DNA from: Aciduliprofundum boonei T469
GTDB lineage: Archaea; Thermoplasmatota; Thermoplasmata; Thermoplasmatales; Aciduliprofundaceae
Assembly (NCBI RefSeq): GCF_000025665.1
Contig: NC_013926.1
Coordinates: 840,001 to 872,000, forward strand
Length of the DNA stretch: 32,000 nucleotides
Reading direction: 5' to 3'
Under the pieces are notes generated by a model that saw nothing but the letters and a program-made list of their open reading frames with translations, was not told the origin of the DNA and searched no databases. Below, in pieces: positions 16,408-23,570 of this stretch (position 1 is its first letter; the number at the start of each line of letters is the position of its first letter). Position numbers and translations under genes: made by a program.

Positions 16408-16644
16408 ATGAAATGCGTTTTTATGGATTCGGAGGGTATATGTCATGGGAGGTACAAGGGATTTAAATGCATAGAGGAGAAATGTGAGGATTATGGAAAG
16501 TACATAGTACCAGATGGAATATGTGCCTACTGGCGCGATGGATATTGTAAGAAATTGCATATATTTACCTGTGATGGTAAAAATAAAGAATGCCCGTATT
16601 ACAGAGAATACATAGGAGAGGAAGAGAGATACATTTTTGAATGA
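16408..16644 (+). CDS. Hypothetical Cys-rich small protein (8 Cys in 78 aa) with an internal duplication
   Basis: Two related modules are present: EGICHGRYKGFKC-x4-C and DGICAYWRDGYC-x7-C-x6-C. The composition is E/K/Y-rich and protein-like. It starts 4 nt after the tRNA, and a T5 run (16418-16422) lies within codons 4-5. An alternative Met is at 16423. Confidence 0.45.
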   Translation: MKCVFMDSEGICHGRYKGFKCIEEKCEDYGKYIVPDGICAYWRDGYCKKLHIFTCDGKNKECPYYREYIGEEERYIFE

Positions 16645-17313
16645 TTATACTTTAATGCAATCTCCTGTTCTTCCATTTTTTATGGCTCTGTATACCACAT
16701 TAGCTACCTTTTCTGGTGGGTCTGCTGGTATATAGCCGTGTATTCTTCTTAGCATATCCGTATCGGTAGGTCCAGGAGCCACACAGATTACCTTTACTGC
16801 GGGATACAATTCTTGAGCAAGGGATTTTGTAAGTGCTATAATGGCGGATTTAGAAGCACAGTATGGAGCTGCGTTTGCCATTGGCTCAATACCAATAATT
16901 GAAGATATGTTAACTATCACCCCTTCTCTCATTATATCTAGAACGGAACGAATCATATTGAAAGTTCCAAATACATTCACCTGAAATATCCTCTCCCACT
17001 CGCTTGGAAGGGTTCTAATTAATGGCTTTACATCATAAACGCCTGCGTTATTCACTAAAATTTCTATATCTCCCAATTTTTTTGCCTCTTCAATTATTCT
17101 TTGAGCATCTTCATATTGGCTAACATCTCCCCTTACCATAATTGCCTTTCCGCCCATGCTTTTAATGGTGGCTACAACTTTCATTGCCCTTTCTTCATTA
17201 TGCAAATAATTTACAACTATTGCATACTCTTCGGCAAGCTTTATTGCTGTAGCTCTCCCTATCCCTCGGCTTGCGCCTGTTACTATTGCCACTTTCATAT
17301 TTGAAAATCTCAT
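16645..17313 (-). CDS. Short-chain dehydrogenase/reductase (FabG-like)
   Basis: TGASRGIGRATA is the cofactor-binding motif, with NNAG and the catalytic YCASKSA. The likely true start is at 17298 (MKVAIVTG), about 25 nt downstream of an A/T box. Confidence 0.9.
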   Translation of the reverse strand: MRFSNMKVAIVTGASRGIGRATAIKLAEEYAIVVNYLHNEERAMKVVATIKSMGGKAIMVRGDVSQYEDAQRIIEEAKKLGDIEILVNNAGVYDVKPLIRTLPSEWERIFQVNVFGTFNMIRSVLDIMREGVIVNISSIIGIEPMANAAPYCASKSAIIALTKSLAQELYPAVKVICVAPGPTDTDMLRRIHGYIPADPPEKVANVVYRAIKNGRTGDCIKV

Positions 17314-17370
17314 TAAGATATTTAATATTGCTTACGAAAAATTAATGCATCATCATGCAATTACACTTTT

Positions 17371-18507
17371 ATGAAGGCTATAAAAGCGAACCTGCTCTAT
17401 GATGGCACAGGAGCAAAGGCAAAGAAAAATGTGTATATTCTTTTTGATGGTGAAAAAATCGTGGATATCTCGAAGGATAGAAAAGGTGCCGAAGTCGTAG
17501 ACGAGGGAATTGTTACACCCGGATTCGTGGACCCGCACTGCCATATAGGTATGGCGAGGAGCGGCGAGCCGTATCAAGAAGATGAGACCAACGAGGAGAT
17601 GAACGCAATTTATCCTTTGGTGAATGCGATTCACTCAGTGTACATGGATGATCCAGCATTTAGAGAGAGCGTAGAATTCGGAGTTTTATACTCGCACATC
17701 ATGCCGGGAAGCGGAAATATTATCGGAGGGAGAACCGCGTTAATAAGAAATTTCGCCCGTGACATAGGGGATGCGTTCATCGAGAACATAGGAATAAAGG
17801 CAGCCTTAGGTTATAACCCACGGAGCACAACATCGTGGAAGGGAACGAGACCCAGCACGAGAATGGGCGCAATCGCCATGCTCCGCGAGGAACTGATCAA
17901 GGCGAAGAAGACAAAGGCGCTTTTGAAGAAAAAGAAAAAAATAAAAGAGGAAATAGAACCCCTGACGGACATATTCATCGACATCCTCGATAAGAAATTG
18001 CCGCTCATGGTACACGTACACAAGGAAGACGACATAATCACCCTGATGAACTTAGTGGACGAATTCGGAATTCGAGCAGTCATCAACCATGGGTGCGATG
18101 TGCATTCTCCAGAACTTTGGGAAAAAGTCAAGAAGAAAAAAATGGACGTAATTTACGGGCCAGTGGATTCTTTCTCATACAAGGTGGAATTGAAGAACGA
18201 GAGCTGGAGGAATATAAGGTACATAGTAGAATCCGGGCTGAAGTTCGCCGTAATGAGCGATCACCCTGTGGTACTCCAGAGGAATCTGTATCTGCAGCTG
18301 CGCTTTTTCCGCCGCTTCGGAATGAGCAAGGAAGAAGCAATAGCGCTCATCTCGGGCAACGCCGCGGACATTATCGGTGCGAAGAACATAGGCAAGGTGA
18401 AGAAGGGTTATCTCGCCTCCCTAGTAGTATGGAATGGGGACCCGTTCAGCTTGGATTCTTATCCTGTGCATGTGATTGCCGAGGGCCAAACGGTCTACGA
18501 AGAATAG
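17371..18507 (+). CDS. Amidohydrolase-superfamily metal-dependent hydrolase
   Basis: GFVDPHCHIGM is the HxH metal-ligand motif. Later blocks are VHVH, NHGC, MSDHP and a C-terminal ...GKVKKGYLASLVVWNGDPF... typical of COG1228-type amidohydrolases. Confidence 0.85.
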   Translation: MKAIKANLLYDGTGAKAKKNVYILFDGEKIVDISKDRKGAEVVDEGIVTPGFVDPHCHIGMARSGEPYQEDETNEEMNAIYPLVNAIHSVYMDDPAFRESVEFGVLYSHIMPGSGNIIGGRTALIRNFARDIGDAFIENIGIKAALGYNPRSTTSWKGTRPSTRMGAIAMLREELIKAKKTKALLKKKKKIKEEIEPLTDIFIDILDKKLPLMVHVHKEDDIITLMNLVDEFGIRAVINHGCDVHSPELWEKVKKKKMDVIYGPVDSFSYKVELKNESWRNIRYIVESGLKFAVMSDHPVVLQRNLYLQLRFFRRFGMSKEEAIALISGNAADIIGAKNIGKVKKGYLASLVVWNGDPFSLDSYPVHVIAEGQTVYEE

Positions 18508-18914
18508 CCTAAGTTTTGCAGGAATAAATGCGCTTTCATCAGTACTTTTTTTGATAGGTCGTAGGTAATCCTGTTTAAAGCATCTTCATAGCTTAGCCAA
18601 GCGTAGCCATCGTGCTCGTAAGAGAGCCTTACTTCTTCTTTCTCTGTTATTCCCAAAAAATATACGACCTTCTTTTCAATCAACATACCATGCTCCTTGA
18701 AATGATACTTGATTATTTCATTAAATCCGAATAATATTTCAATCTCTAATCCTGTTTCTTCAAAAATCTCTCTCTTTGCAGCCTCAACATCTTTTTCACC
18801 CTTTTCTACATGTCCTTTTGGAAAATCCCAATGTCCCGTAGGATAATGCAAGAGTAAGTATTTTTTGATTTTTGGATTGAACACAACAGCACCAGCAGAC
18901 CTCTCTCGGCGCAT
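18495..18914 (-). CDS. NUDIX hydrolase (Ap4A-hydrolase-like)
   Basis: The Nudix box is GHWDFPKGHVEKGEKDVEAAKREIFEETG (GX5EX7REUXEEXGU). Confidence 0.9.
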   Translation of the reverse strand: MRRERSAGAVVFNPKIKKYLLLHYPTGHWDFPKGHVEKGEKDVEAAKREIFEETGLEIEILFGFNEIIKYHFKEHGMLIEKKVVYFLGITEKEEVRLSYEHDGYAWLSYEDALNRITYDLSKKVLMKAHLFLQNLGYSS

Positions 18915-18989
18915 ATTTTAAAATTCCATTTAAAACTTATATTTTTCGCCCTTGGAAAGTAATAAGTAATATGCAGATATTCAAATACT

Positions 18990-19856
18990 ATGGAACGGAT
19001 GGATTTCATCAAAATTTATGTTCTTGCCGAAGATTTTGCAGGATATTCCAGCAGGTTCTGGGCTCAGCATGGCATATCTTTTCTTTTAGAACTACACCGA
19101 GGAAACAGAGTGGATTTCATTTTATTTGACACTGGCACACATCACATTCCACTGCTCAACAATGCTCATCTTTTGAGATTGGATTTGAGCAAGGTGCGGA
19201 GTATTGTTTTATCTCATAGCCATTACGACCACACCGGGGGAATGATAGGAGTTATAAAAGAAATAAAGGATGCTAAAATATTTGCACATCCTGATATTTT
19301 TAAGGAATCATTTGCGATGGATGATGAGCCTAGATATATAGGACCCCCGGCGAATATGAAAGAAGAAGTATTGAAATATGGTGGAATGTGGGAGCTAAGT
19401 AGAGAGCCGGTTGAGATATTACCAGGAGTTTGGACATTGGGGGAATTAAGGCAGGAGGAAAGGGAAGAATTTGAGAGAATGAAAGATACGAAGGTGTTTA
19501 TGAAGAAGAATGGAAAACTTGTGCCAGATTATATGGAAGATGAAATGGGTCTTGTGGTGAATCTTAAAGAAGGTATTGTGGTCATTGGTGGTTGCTCACA
19601 TCCCGGAATAATTGGGATGACAAGGCGTGCTATTGAGATAAGCGGTGAGGATAATGTACTAGCTGTTATTGGAGGTTTCCACTTAGTTAATGCCAGTGAT
19701 GAGAGGATAGAAAAAACTGCAAAGGAATTTTTGAAAATAGGAGTTAATGATATTTACACGGGACATTGTACAGGATTGATGGCTGAATGTACATTTTACA
19801 AATATTTTGGCAAGAAATTTCATAAGCTTCACGCAGGCGTGGTAATTTCTATTTAA
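18990..19856 (+). CDS. MBL-fold metallo-hydrolase (COG1237-like)
   Basis: LSHSHYDHTGG is the HxHxDH motif, with later GGCSHPG and GHCTG blocks. Confidence 0.85.
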   Translation: MERMDFIKIYVLAEDFAGYSSRFWAQHGISFLLELHRGNRVDFILFDTGTHHIPLLNNAHLLRLDLSKVRSIVLSHSHYDHTGGMIGVIKEIKDAKIFAHPDIFKESFAMDDEPRYIGPPANMKEEVLKYGGMWELSREPVEILPGVWTLGELRQEEREEFERMKDTKVFMKKNGKLVPDYMEDEMGLVVNLKEGIVVIGGCSHPGIIGMTRRAIEISGEDNVLAVIGGFHLVNASDERIEKTAKEFLKIGVNDIYTGHCTGLMAECTFYKYFGKKFHKLHAGVVISI

Positions 19857-20401
19857 TGAGCTTCTCTAATGCACCAGAATCTTGCTTGTAATCTTGAGAG
19901 TCTCTTCTCTCCTATTCCTCTTACTTTTCTGAGCTCTTCCATGCTCTCATAGGGCCTGTTTTCCATTATTCTTATAGCCAGTTTTTTGCCTATTAGGGAG
20001 GTTGAAAGTAGTTCCTCCAATGGGCATACATTTATCTCTCTCTTCAATTTTTTCCATTTTTCATCATTCCCGAATTCCATCTTCTCATCCTTAAGGGCAA
20101 GGAGATGTGCTTCATCCACATTATATCCCTCAGCACGATGAGCAATCTCTCTAAGCTCGTGGAACAGTATGTATTTTTCATAATCTCTGAAGGCGTCACT
20201 GATCCATATTTCGTTTAAGGGTATTCCTAATCTCAGGGCTGCTGGCGGATATATCTCTTTACCTTCATAAATAACCCTATAGAATGCAATGTAATCCTTA
20301 ATCTCCTCGTGTGGAATATACACAATTTTGTAGCCTAACTCTTCAGCTAGTTCTCTTGGCTCCATAAGTGTAAAGCAAGTTTGAGATATATTTATTTTCA
20401 T
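19853..20401 (-). CDS. Hypothetical protein with a C-terminal ComEA-like helix-hairpin-helix domain
   Basis: The C-terminus is ELLSTSLIGKKLAIRIMENRPYESMEELRKVRGIGEKRLSRL, a tandem HhH with the GIG hairpin. I did not recognise the N-terminal ~110 aa, which contains FHELREIAH. Confidence 0.55.
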   Translation of the reverse strand: MKINISQTCFTLMEPRELAEELGYKIVYIPHEEIKDYIAFYRVIYEGKEIYPPAALRLGIPLNEIWISDAFRDYEKYILFHELREIAHRAEGYNVDEAHLLALKDEKMEFGNDEKWKKLKREINVCPLEELLSTSLIGKKLAIRIMENRPYESMEELRKVRGIGEKRLSRLQARFWCIREAH

Positions 20402-20440
20402 TGCAATATGACTAAATGGATGTAAATGTCAAAGCGAAAG

Positions 20441-20450
20441 ATAAATTAAT
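20441..20450 (+). promoter_or_regulatory. Candidate TATA box (ATAAATTAAT) for tRNA-Leu
   Basis: It is centred about 28 nt upstream of tRNA position 1. Confidence 0.35.
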
Positions 20451-20473
20451 ATGTTCTCTATAATCTCAAGAGA

Positions 20474-20558
20474 GCGGGGGTTGTCGAGCTTGGCCAAAGG
20501 CGCTGGCTTGAGGGGCCAGTCCCGTAGGGGTTCCTGGGTTCAAATCCCAGCCCCCGCA
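20474..20558 (+). tRNA. tRNA-Leu (anticodon GAG), class II with a long variable arm
   Basis: The acceptor stem is GCGGGGG/CCCCCGC. The anticodon stem is CUGGC/GCCAG with loop UUGAGGG. The variable arm is UCCCGUAGGGGUUC. The T arm is CUGGG-UUCAAAU-CCCAG and the discriminator is A. Confidence 0.93.
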
Positions 20559-20875
20559 CTAAGTTAAATGGGGGATTATTTGCCTTTATGATGAAGCCAT
20601 TTGTGGCTTTTTATAGTGAAAATCCCTAAGCTGTTTTTCCTTGTAGATGGAATTTTTATTAGGGAAAATTCTGTTTTTAGGAACCACCAGCGAGTTCCTA
20701 AAAGCCCCTTAAAAAAAGGTGCCATAGCCCTGCTAAAGCAGGGCGTGTTTGCATCTTCCGATGCTCGTTTATTCCCAAACACAGTAGTTTTTATCTCCTG
20801 CAACCTTTTTAAAAATTTTCTTTTGGGCTGAAGCACTTTTCTTTTTAATAAAAGGGCTCTAAGAAAGGGGCTTAA

Positions 20876-20949
20876 TGGACCGGGCGGGATTTGAACCCGC
20901 GGCCTCTGCCTTGCAAGGGCAGCGATCTTCCGGGCTGATCTACCGGCCC
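20876..20949 (-). tRNA. tRNA-Ala (anticodon UGC)
   Basis: The reverse complement folds as GGGCCGG-UA-GAUC...GAUC-G-CUGCC-CUUGCAA-GGCAG-AGGCC-GCGGG-UUCAAAU-CCCGC-CCGGUCC-A. It contains the G3:U70 alanine identity pair. Confidence 0.93.
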
Positions 20950-20972
20950 ATAGCTGGAGGTAATCTAAATAA

Positions 20973-21734
20973 CTATTTTAAACTTTTTTCTTGCTTTTTC
21001 TCCAGCTCTCTCTGTAATTTTTTCTCTCTCCTTCTCTTCTCCTCTTCAATTTTTTCCAACTCTTCTTCCGGAATTTCAATATCTATTTTTTCAGATATAT
21101 TTATAAACTCTGGTGGAATTTGGGATGCAATAAACACTGTTTTAGCAGCCCGGTATATTTGATGTCCATTCTCTATGGCTTTTTTCGTATCAATTTCTAA
21201 AATTATAGGTTCTTCAACCCTGTGTAAACCTGCAATATAAGCATCTCTATATGTTTTGCTTAGATGCACCCATTTCCTGTCTCCTGGCTGAAGACCAATT
21301 TCTTTTATATACTCATACTCCTCCTCTGTTGTGGGATAATACAACTTTTCAGGAATGTTATCTGTGGGTAAATCTGACAAATCAACTTTTATAGAATGCC
21401 CGTAGGTTGCCCTAACCCTCTTATTCTCCATATCAAGTTGATATCTTCCCTTATCGTCTGTGAGTACAATTGCAATTATGTGTTTATCCTTTAACCATCT
21501 GAACCTTGGATGCCTTCTCTTTATCCCCTTTACGATTTGATAAATATCTGCCCATCCACTATCGTCAAGCTTCACACCAAACCTCTCTGGAAAATGTCTT
21601 AAAATGCCTGCAAGCATTCTACTTATGGCGGTGAGTTCCCAATCATTAAGCAGAAACTTCCCCTCCTCACCACAGATTGGACAAACATCACCACGAAATG
21701 GACCATGTTTTTCACATTCTCTAAGTTGTACCAT
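20973..21734 (-). CDS. kptA: RNA 2'-phosphotransferase (KptA/Tpt1 family) with an N-terminal Zn-knuckle and a C-terminal Lys/Glu-rich tail
   Basis: ISRMLAGILRHFPERFGVKLDDSGWADI and RVRATYGHSIKV are Tpt1 blocks (LRH...GW; R...QGHS). The start at 21734 has a GAGGTG RBS. The ORF-track extension to 21860 overlaps the divergent DUF59 gene and reads as non-protein-like. Confidence 0.85.
   Translation of the reverse strand: MVQLRECEKHGPFRGDVCPICGEEGKFLLNDWELTAISRMLAGILRHFPERFGVKLDDSGWADIYQIVKGIKRRHPRFRWLKDKHIIAIVLTDDKGRYQLDMENKRVRATYGHSIKVDLSDLPTDNIPEKLYYPTTEEEYEYIKEIGLQPGDRKWVHLSKTYRDAYIAGLHRVEEPIILEIDTKKAIENGHQIYRAAKTVFIASQIPPEFINISEKIDIEIPEEELEKIEEEKRRREKKLQRELEKKQEKSLK
20974..20983 (-). promoter_or_regulatory. 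Candidate TATA box (GTTTAAAATA on the minus strand) for tRNA-Ala, overlapping the last codons and stop of kptA
   Basis: It is centred about 29 nt upstream of the tRNA-Ala 5' end. Confidence 0.35.
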
Positions 21735-21816
21735 TATTACCACCTCACGAGGAAATAGCAAGCAAGATATAAATGTTATCCGCAAATTTAAATAGGTAGT
21801 TGTAATCTTTGCGAAT

Positions 21817-22116
21817 ATGGTCACAGAGAAAGAGGTGTGGAATGCCCTTAAAAAAGCCATAGATTTTGAGTTAGGAGTGGATGTTGTTAATCTTGGATTG
21901 ATTTATGAAGTGAAGGTTATTGATGGTAAAAAGGTGTATATTAAAATGACATTAACTACCCCAACTTGTCCCCTTGCTAATGCGATTATAGCAGATGTAT
22001 ATAGACATGTAAAATCGCTAGAAGGAGTTGAAGATGTGGATATTGAAGTTACTTTTGACCCTCCTTGGAGTCCAGATATGATGTCCCCAGAAGCAAAAAA
22101 ATTGCTCGGTATGTAG
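21817..22116 (+). CDS. DUF59 (SufT/MIP18-like) Fe-S cluster assembly protein
   Basis: 99 aa with DFELGVDVVNLGLIYEV...MTLTTPTCPLA...DPPWSPDMMS, the canonical DUF59 motif including the conserved Cys. Confidence 0.85.
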   Translation: MVTEKEVWNALKKAIDFELGVDVVNLGLIYEVKVIDGKKVYIKMTLTTPTCPLANAIIADVYRHVKSLEGVEDVDIEVTFDPPWSPDMMSPEAKKLLGM

Positions 22117-22118
22117 AT

Positions 22119-22769
22119 TTATTTTATTAGGGCAGAGAAATACAGAAGTCCTAGGACCACGAGAGATAGATTTATAAATGGTAGGATATATTCATTTTCC
22201 TTTATTTGGAGTATGAATAACAAGGAGAAGGATATTACTGCAACTCCTCCAATTATGAAGTATAACACTTTTTTTCTAAGTTCTTTTTCTATGTTTCTAT
22301 ATATTATGAGCAAATTCCAAAGGCCAACTATAAAATATGTTGCGAGGAATAGAGAGTATAAAATCAGAGAATGAAAACTAAAAATCGAAACCCAACCAAA
22401 ATGTGTGTATTTTACATTTTCTATTAAATATTCATATGAAAATATGACTAAGAAAACTATTGGTAAAAAGGATAAGATTGCCATACTCTTACTCCAGCCA
22501 ATTTTAAGATAATAGGTGAAAAGCAAAAAGAAATAGGCAGCTAGGGCTAGAAAGGAAGGAGAAAGCTTTGCCATCCAAAGAGCTATGTTATAATTCCCTG
22601 CAAATTTAATCACTTCCATAACACTATAAATGAATAAAGAGAAAGTCATAAAAGAGAACAAATAATGAGAAGCGTCTCTATCATTTTTAAAGAGCAGTAT
22701 GTATAATGATATGAAAAGAAAAAGCAATGCATTTATTATCGTAGCAATTACACCCAGAGGATCTTCCAT
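22119..22769 (-). CDS. Hypothetical 7-TM membrane protein (resembles stand-alone sensor-kinase N-terminal 7TM modules)
   Basis: 216 aa with seven hydrophobic segments and no soluble domain. Confidence 0.5.
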   Translation of the reverse strand: MEDPLGVIATIINALLFLFISLYILLFKNDRDASHYLFSFMTFSLFIYSVMEVIKFAGNYNIALWMAKLSPSFLALAAYFFLLFTYYLKIGWSKSMAILSFLPIVFLVIFSYEYLIENVKYTHFGWVSIFSFHSLILYSLFLATYFIVGLWNLLIIYRNIEKELRKKVLYFIIGGVAVISFSLLFILQIKENEYILPFINLSLVVLGLLYFSALIK

Positions 22770-22804
22770 ATCTCTACCCCACCTCTAAATCATTAACACC
22801 ATAT

Positions 22805-23566
22805 TTAATGCTTTCTCTCTATAATGGACTTAAATATCCAGAAACCATCTCCTCTTGCCCTTTCTTTTCTACTCCAGTCGGGATGCTGATAGGGAAAGAA
22901 CGCTCTCTCCGGATGTGGCATAATGCCCAATACATTTCCCTGTGGATTAGTTATGGCAGCTATATCTTCCATAGAACCGTTTGGATTCCAAGGATAATGT
23001 GCTTTAGAACCATCTGGTTCTATGTATTTAAATGCAATTTGCTTGTTCTCAATAATCCTTTCCATTATTTTTTTATCCGTAACAAATTTTCCCTCGGCAT
23101 GGGCTACTGGAAGAGATATAATATCTGGCACATCCTTGGTGAATATGCTGTCATTTTCCTTTTTTAAATATGTCCAGCGACATTCAAATTTATTTGAGTC
23201 ATTTATCATCAGAGCTGCTTCTGGCTTTTCACTTATACCATCAACAGCTGGAAGGAGGCCGAGTTCAATTAGAACTTGGAAACCATTGCAAACGCCAATG
23301 ATTATCTTCCCCTCATCCACGAAATTTTTTAATTCCCTCATAGCAATGGCCTTTAATCTGGCAGCAAATATGGCCCCTGCACGAACATAATCTCCAGCAG
23401 AGAATCCGCCGGGGATGAATAAAATATCATAATTCTCCAAAACCTTCCTTCTATTCTTTAGGAGATTTAAATGCAGATATTCTACCTCCTGTCTCAATTC
23501 TTTAAACGCTGTGTAACTCTCTTCTTCGCAATTTGTTCCTTCAATCTGAAGTATAGCTACTCTCAT
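22805..23566 (-). CDS. purQ: Phosphoribosylformylglycinamidine synthase, glutaminase subunit PurQ
   Basis: It has GGFSAGDY, the nucleophile elbow GVCNGFQ and MPHPER, the class I amidotransferase triad. A GGTGAGGAG RBS lies in the purL 3' end. Confidence 0.95.
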   Translation of the reverse strand: MRVAILQIEGTNCEEESYTAFKELRQEVEYLHLNLLKNRRKVLENYDILFIPGGFSAGDYVRAGAIFAARLKAIAMRELKNFVDEGKIIIGVCNGFQVLIELGLLPAVDGISEKPEAALMINDSNKFECRWTYLKKENDSIFTKDVPDIISLPVAHAEGKFVTDKKIMERIIENKQIAFKYIEPDGSKAHYPWNPNGSMEDIAAITNPQGNVLGIMPHPERAFFPYQHPDWSRKERARGDGFWIFKSIIERKH

Positions 23567-23570
23567 CTCC

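Noticed and set aside
16187-16560. ORFs of 60, 75 and 64 aa overlapping tRNA-Arg on either strand
   Set aside because: They span the tRNA gene itself, and the GC-rich tRNA sequence is what keeps the frames open. They are not credible as coding sequence.
17806-18512. Alternative-frame and antisense ORFs (139, 106, 71 and 70 aa) within the amidohydrolase gene
   Set aside because: They are explained by the locally high GC, which means fewer stop codons. The translations are Arg/Ser/Gly-rich nonsense, and the amidohydrolase frame carries clear family motifs.
20588-20640. Possible C/D-box sRNA (AUGAUGA at 20588-20594)
   Set aside because: No CUGA D or D' box lies at the required ~12-nt spacing (the sequence has CUUU and CUGU instead), and no terminal stem is present. 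It is a chance C-box-like heptamer.
20576-20836. 86-aa (minus) and 76-aa (plus) ORFs in the tRNA spacer as protein genes
   Set aside because: Both need GTG starts without an RBS. The translations are atypical (very basic, or Phe/Leu-rich) and overlap each other completely. I kept the region as an unexplained finding rather than calling a CDS.
20559-20875. SRP (7S) RNA or RNase P RNA in the tRNA-tRNA spacer
   Set aside because: The conserved RNase P CR-I sequence (GAGGAAAGUCC-like) and the SRP helix-8 motifs are absent. The region is about 40% GC, whereas stable RNAs here (the tRNAs) are GC-rich.
20875-21162. 95-aa plus-strand ORF
   Set aside because: It starts inside tRNA-Ala (antisense) and runs antisense through the polypyrimidine tract that encodes the kptA K/E tail. 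The Ser/Phe/Leu low-complexity translation is an artefact.
21735-21860. 42-codon N-terminal extension of kptA given in the ORF track
   Set aside because: The extension overlaps the divergent DUF59 gene start and reads as hydrophobic nonsense. The internal ATG at 21734 has a GAGGTG RBS and begins the conserved region.
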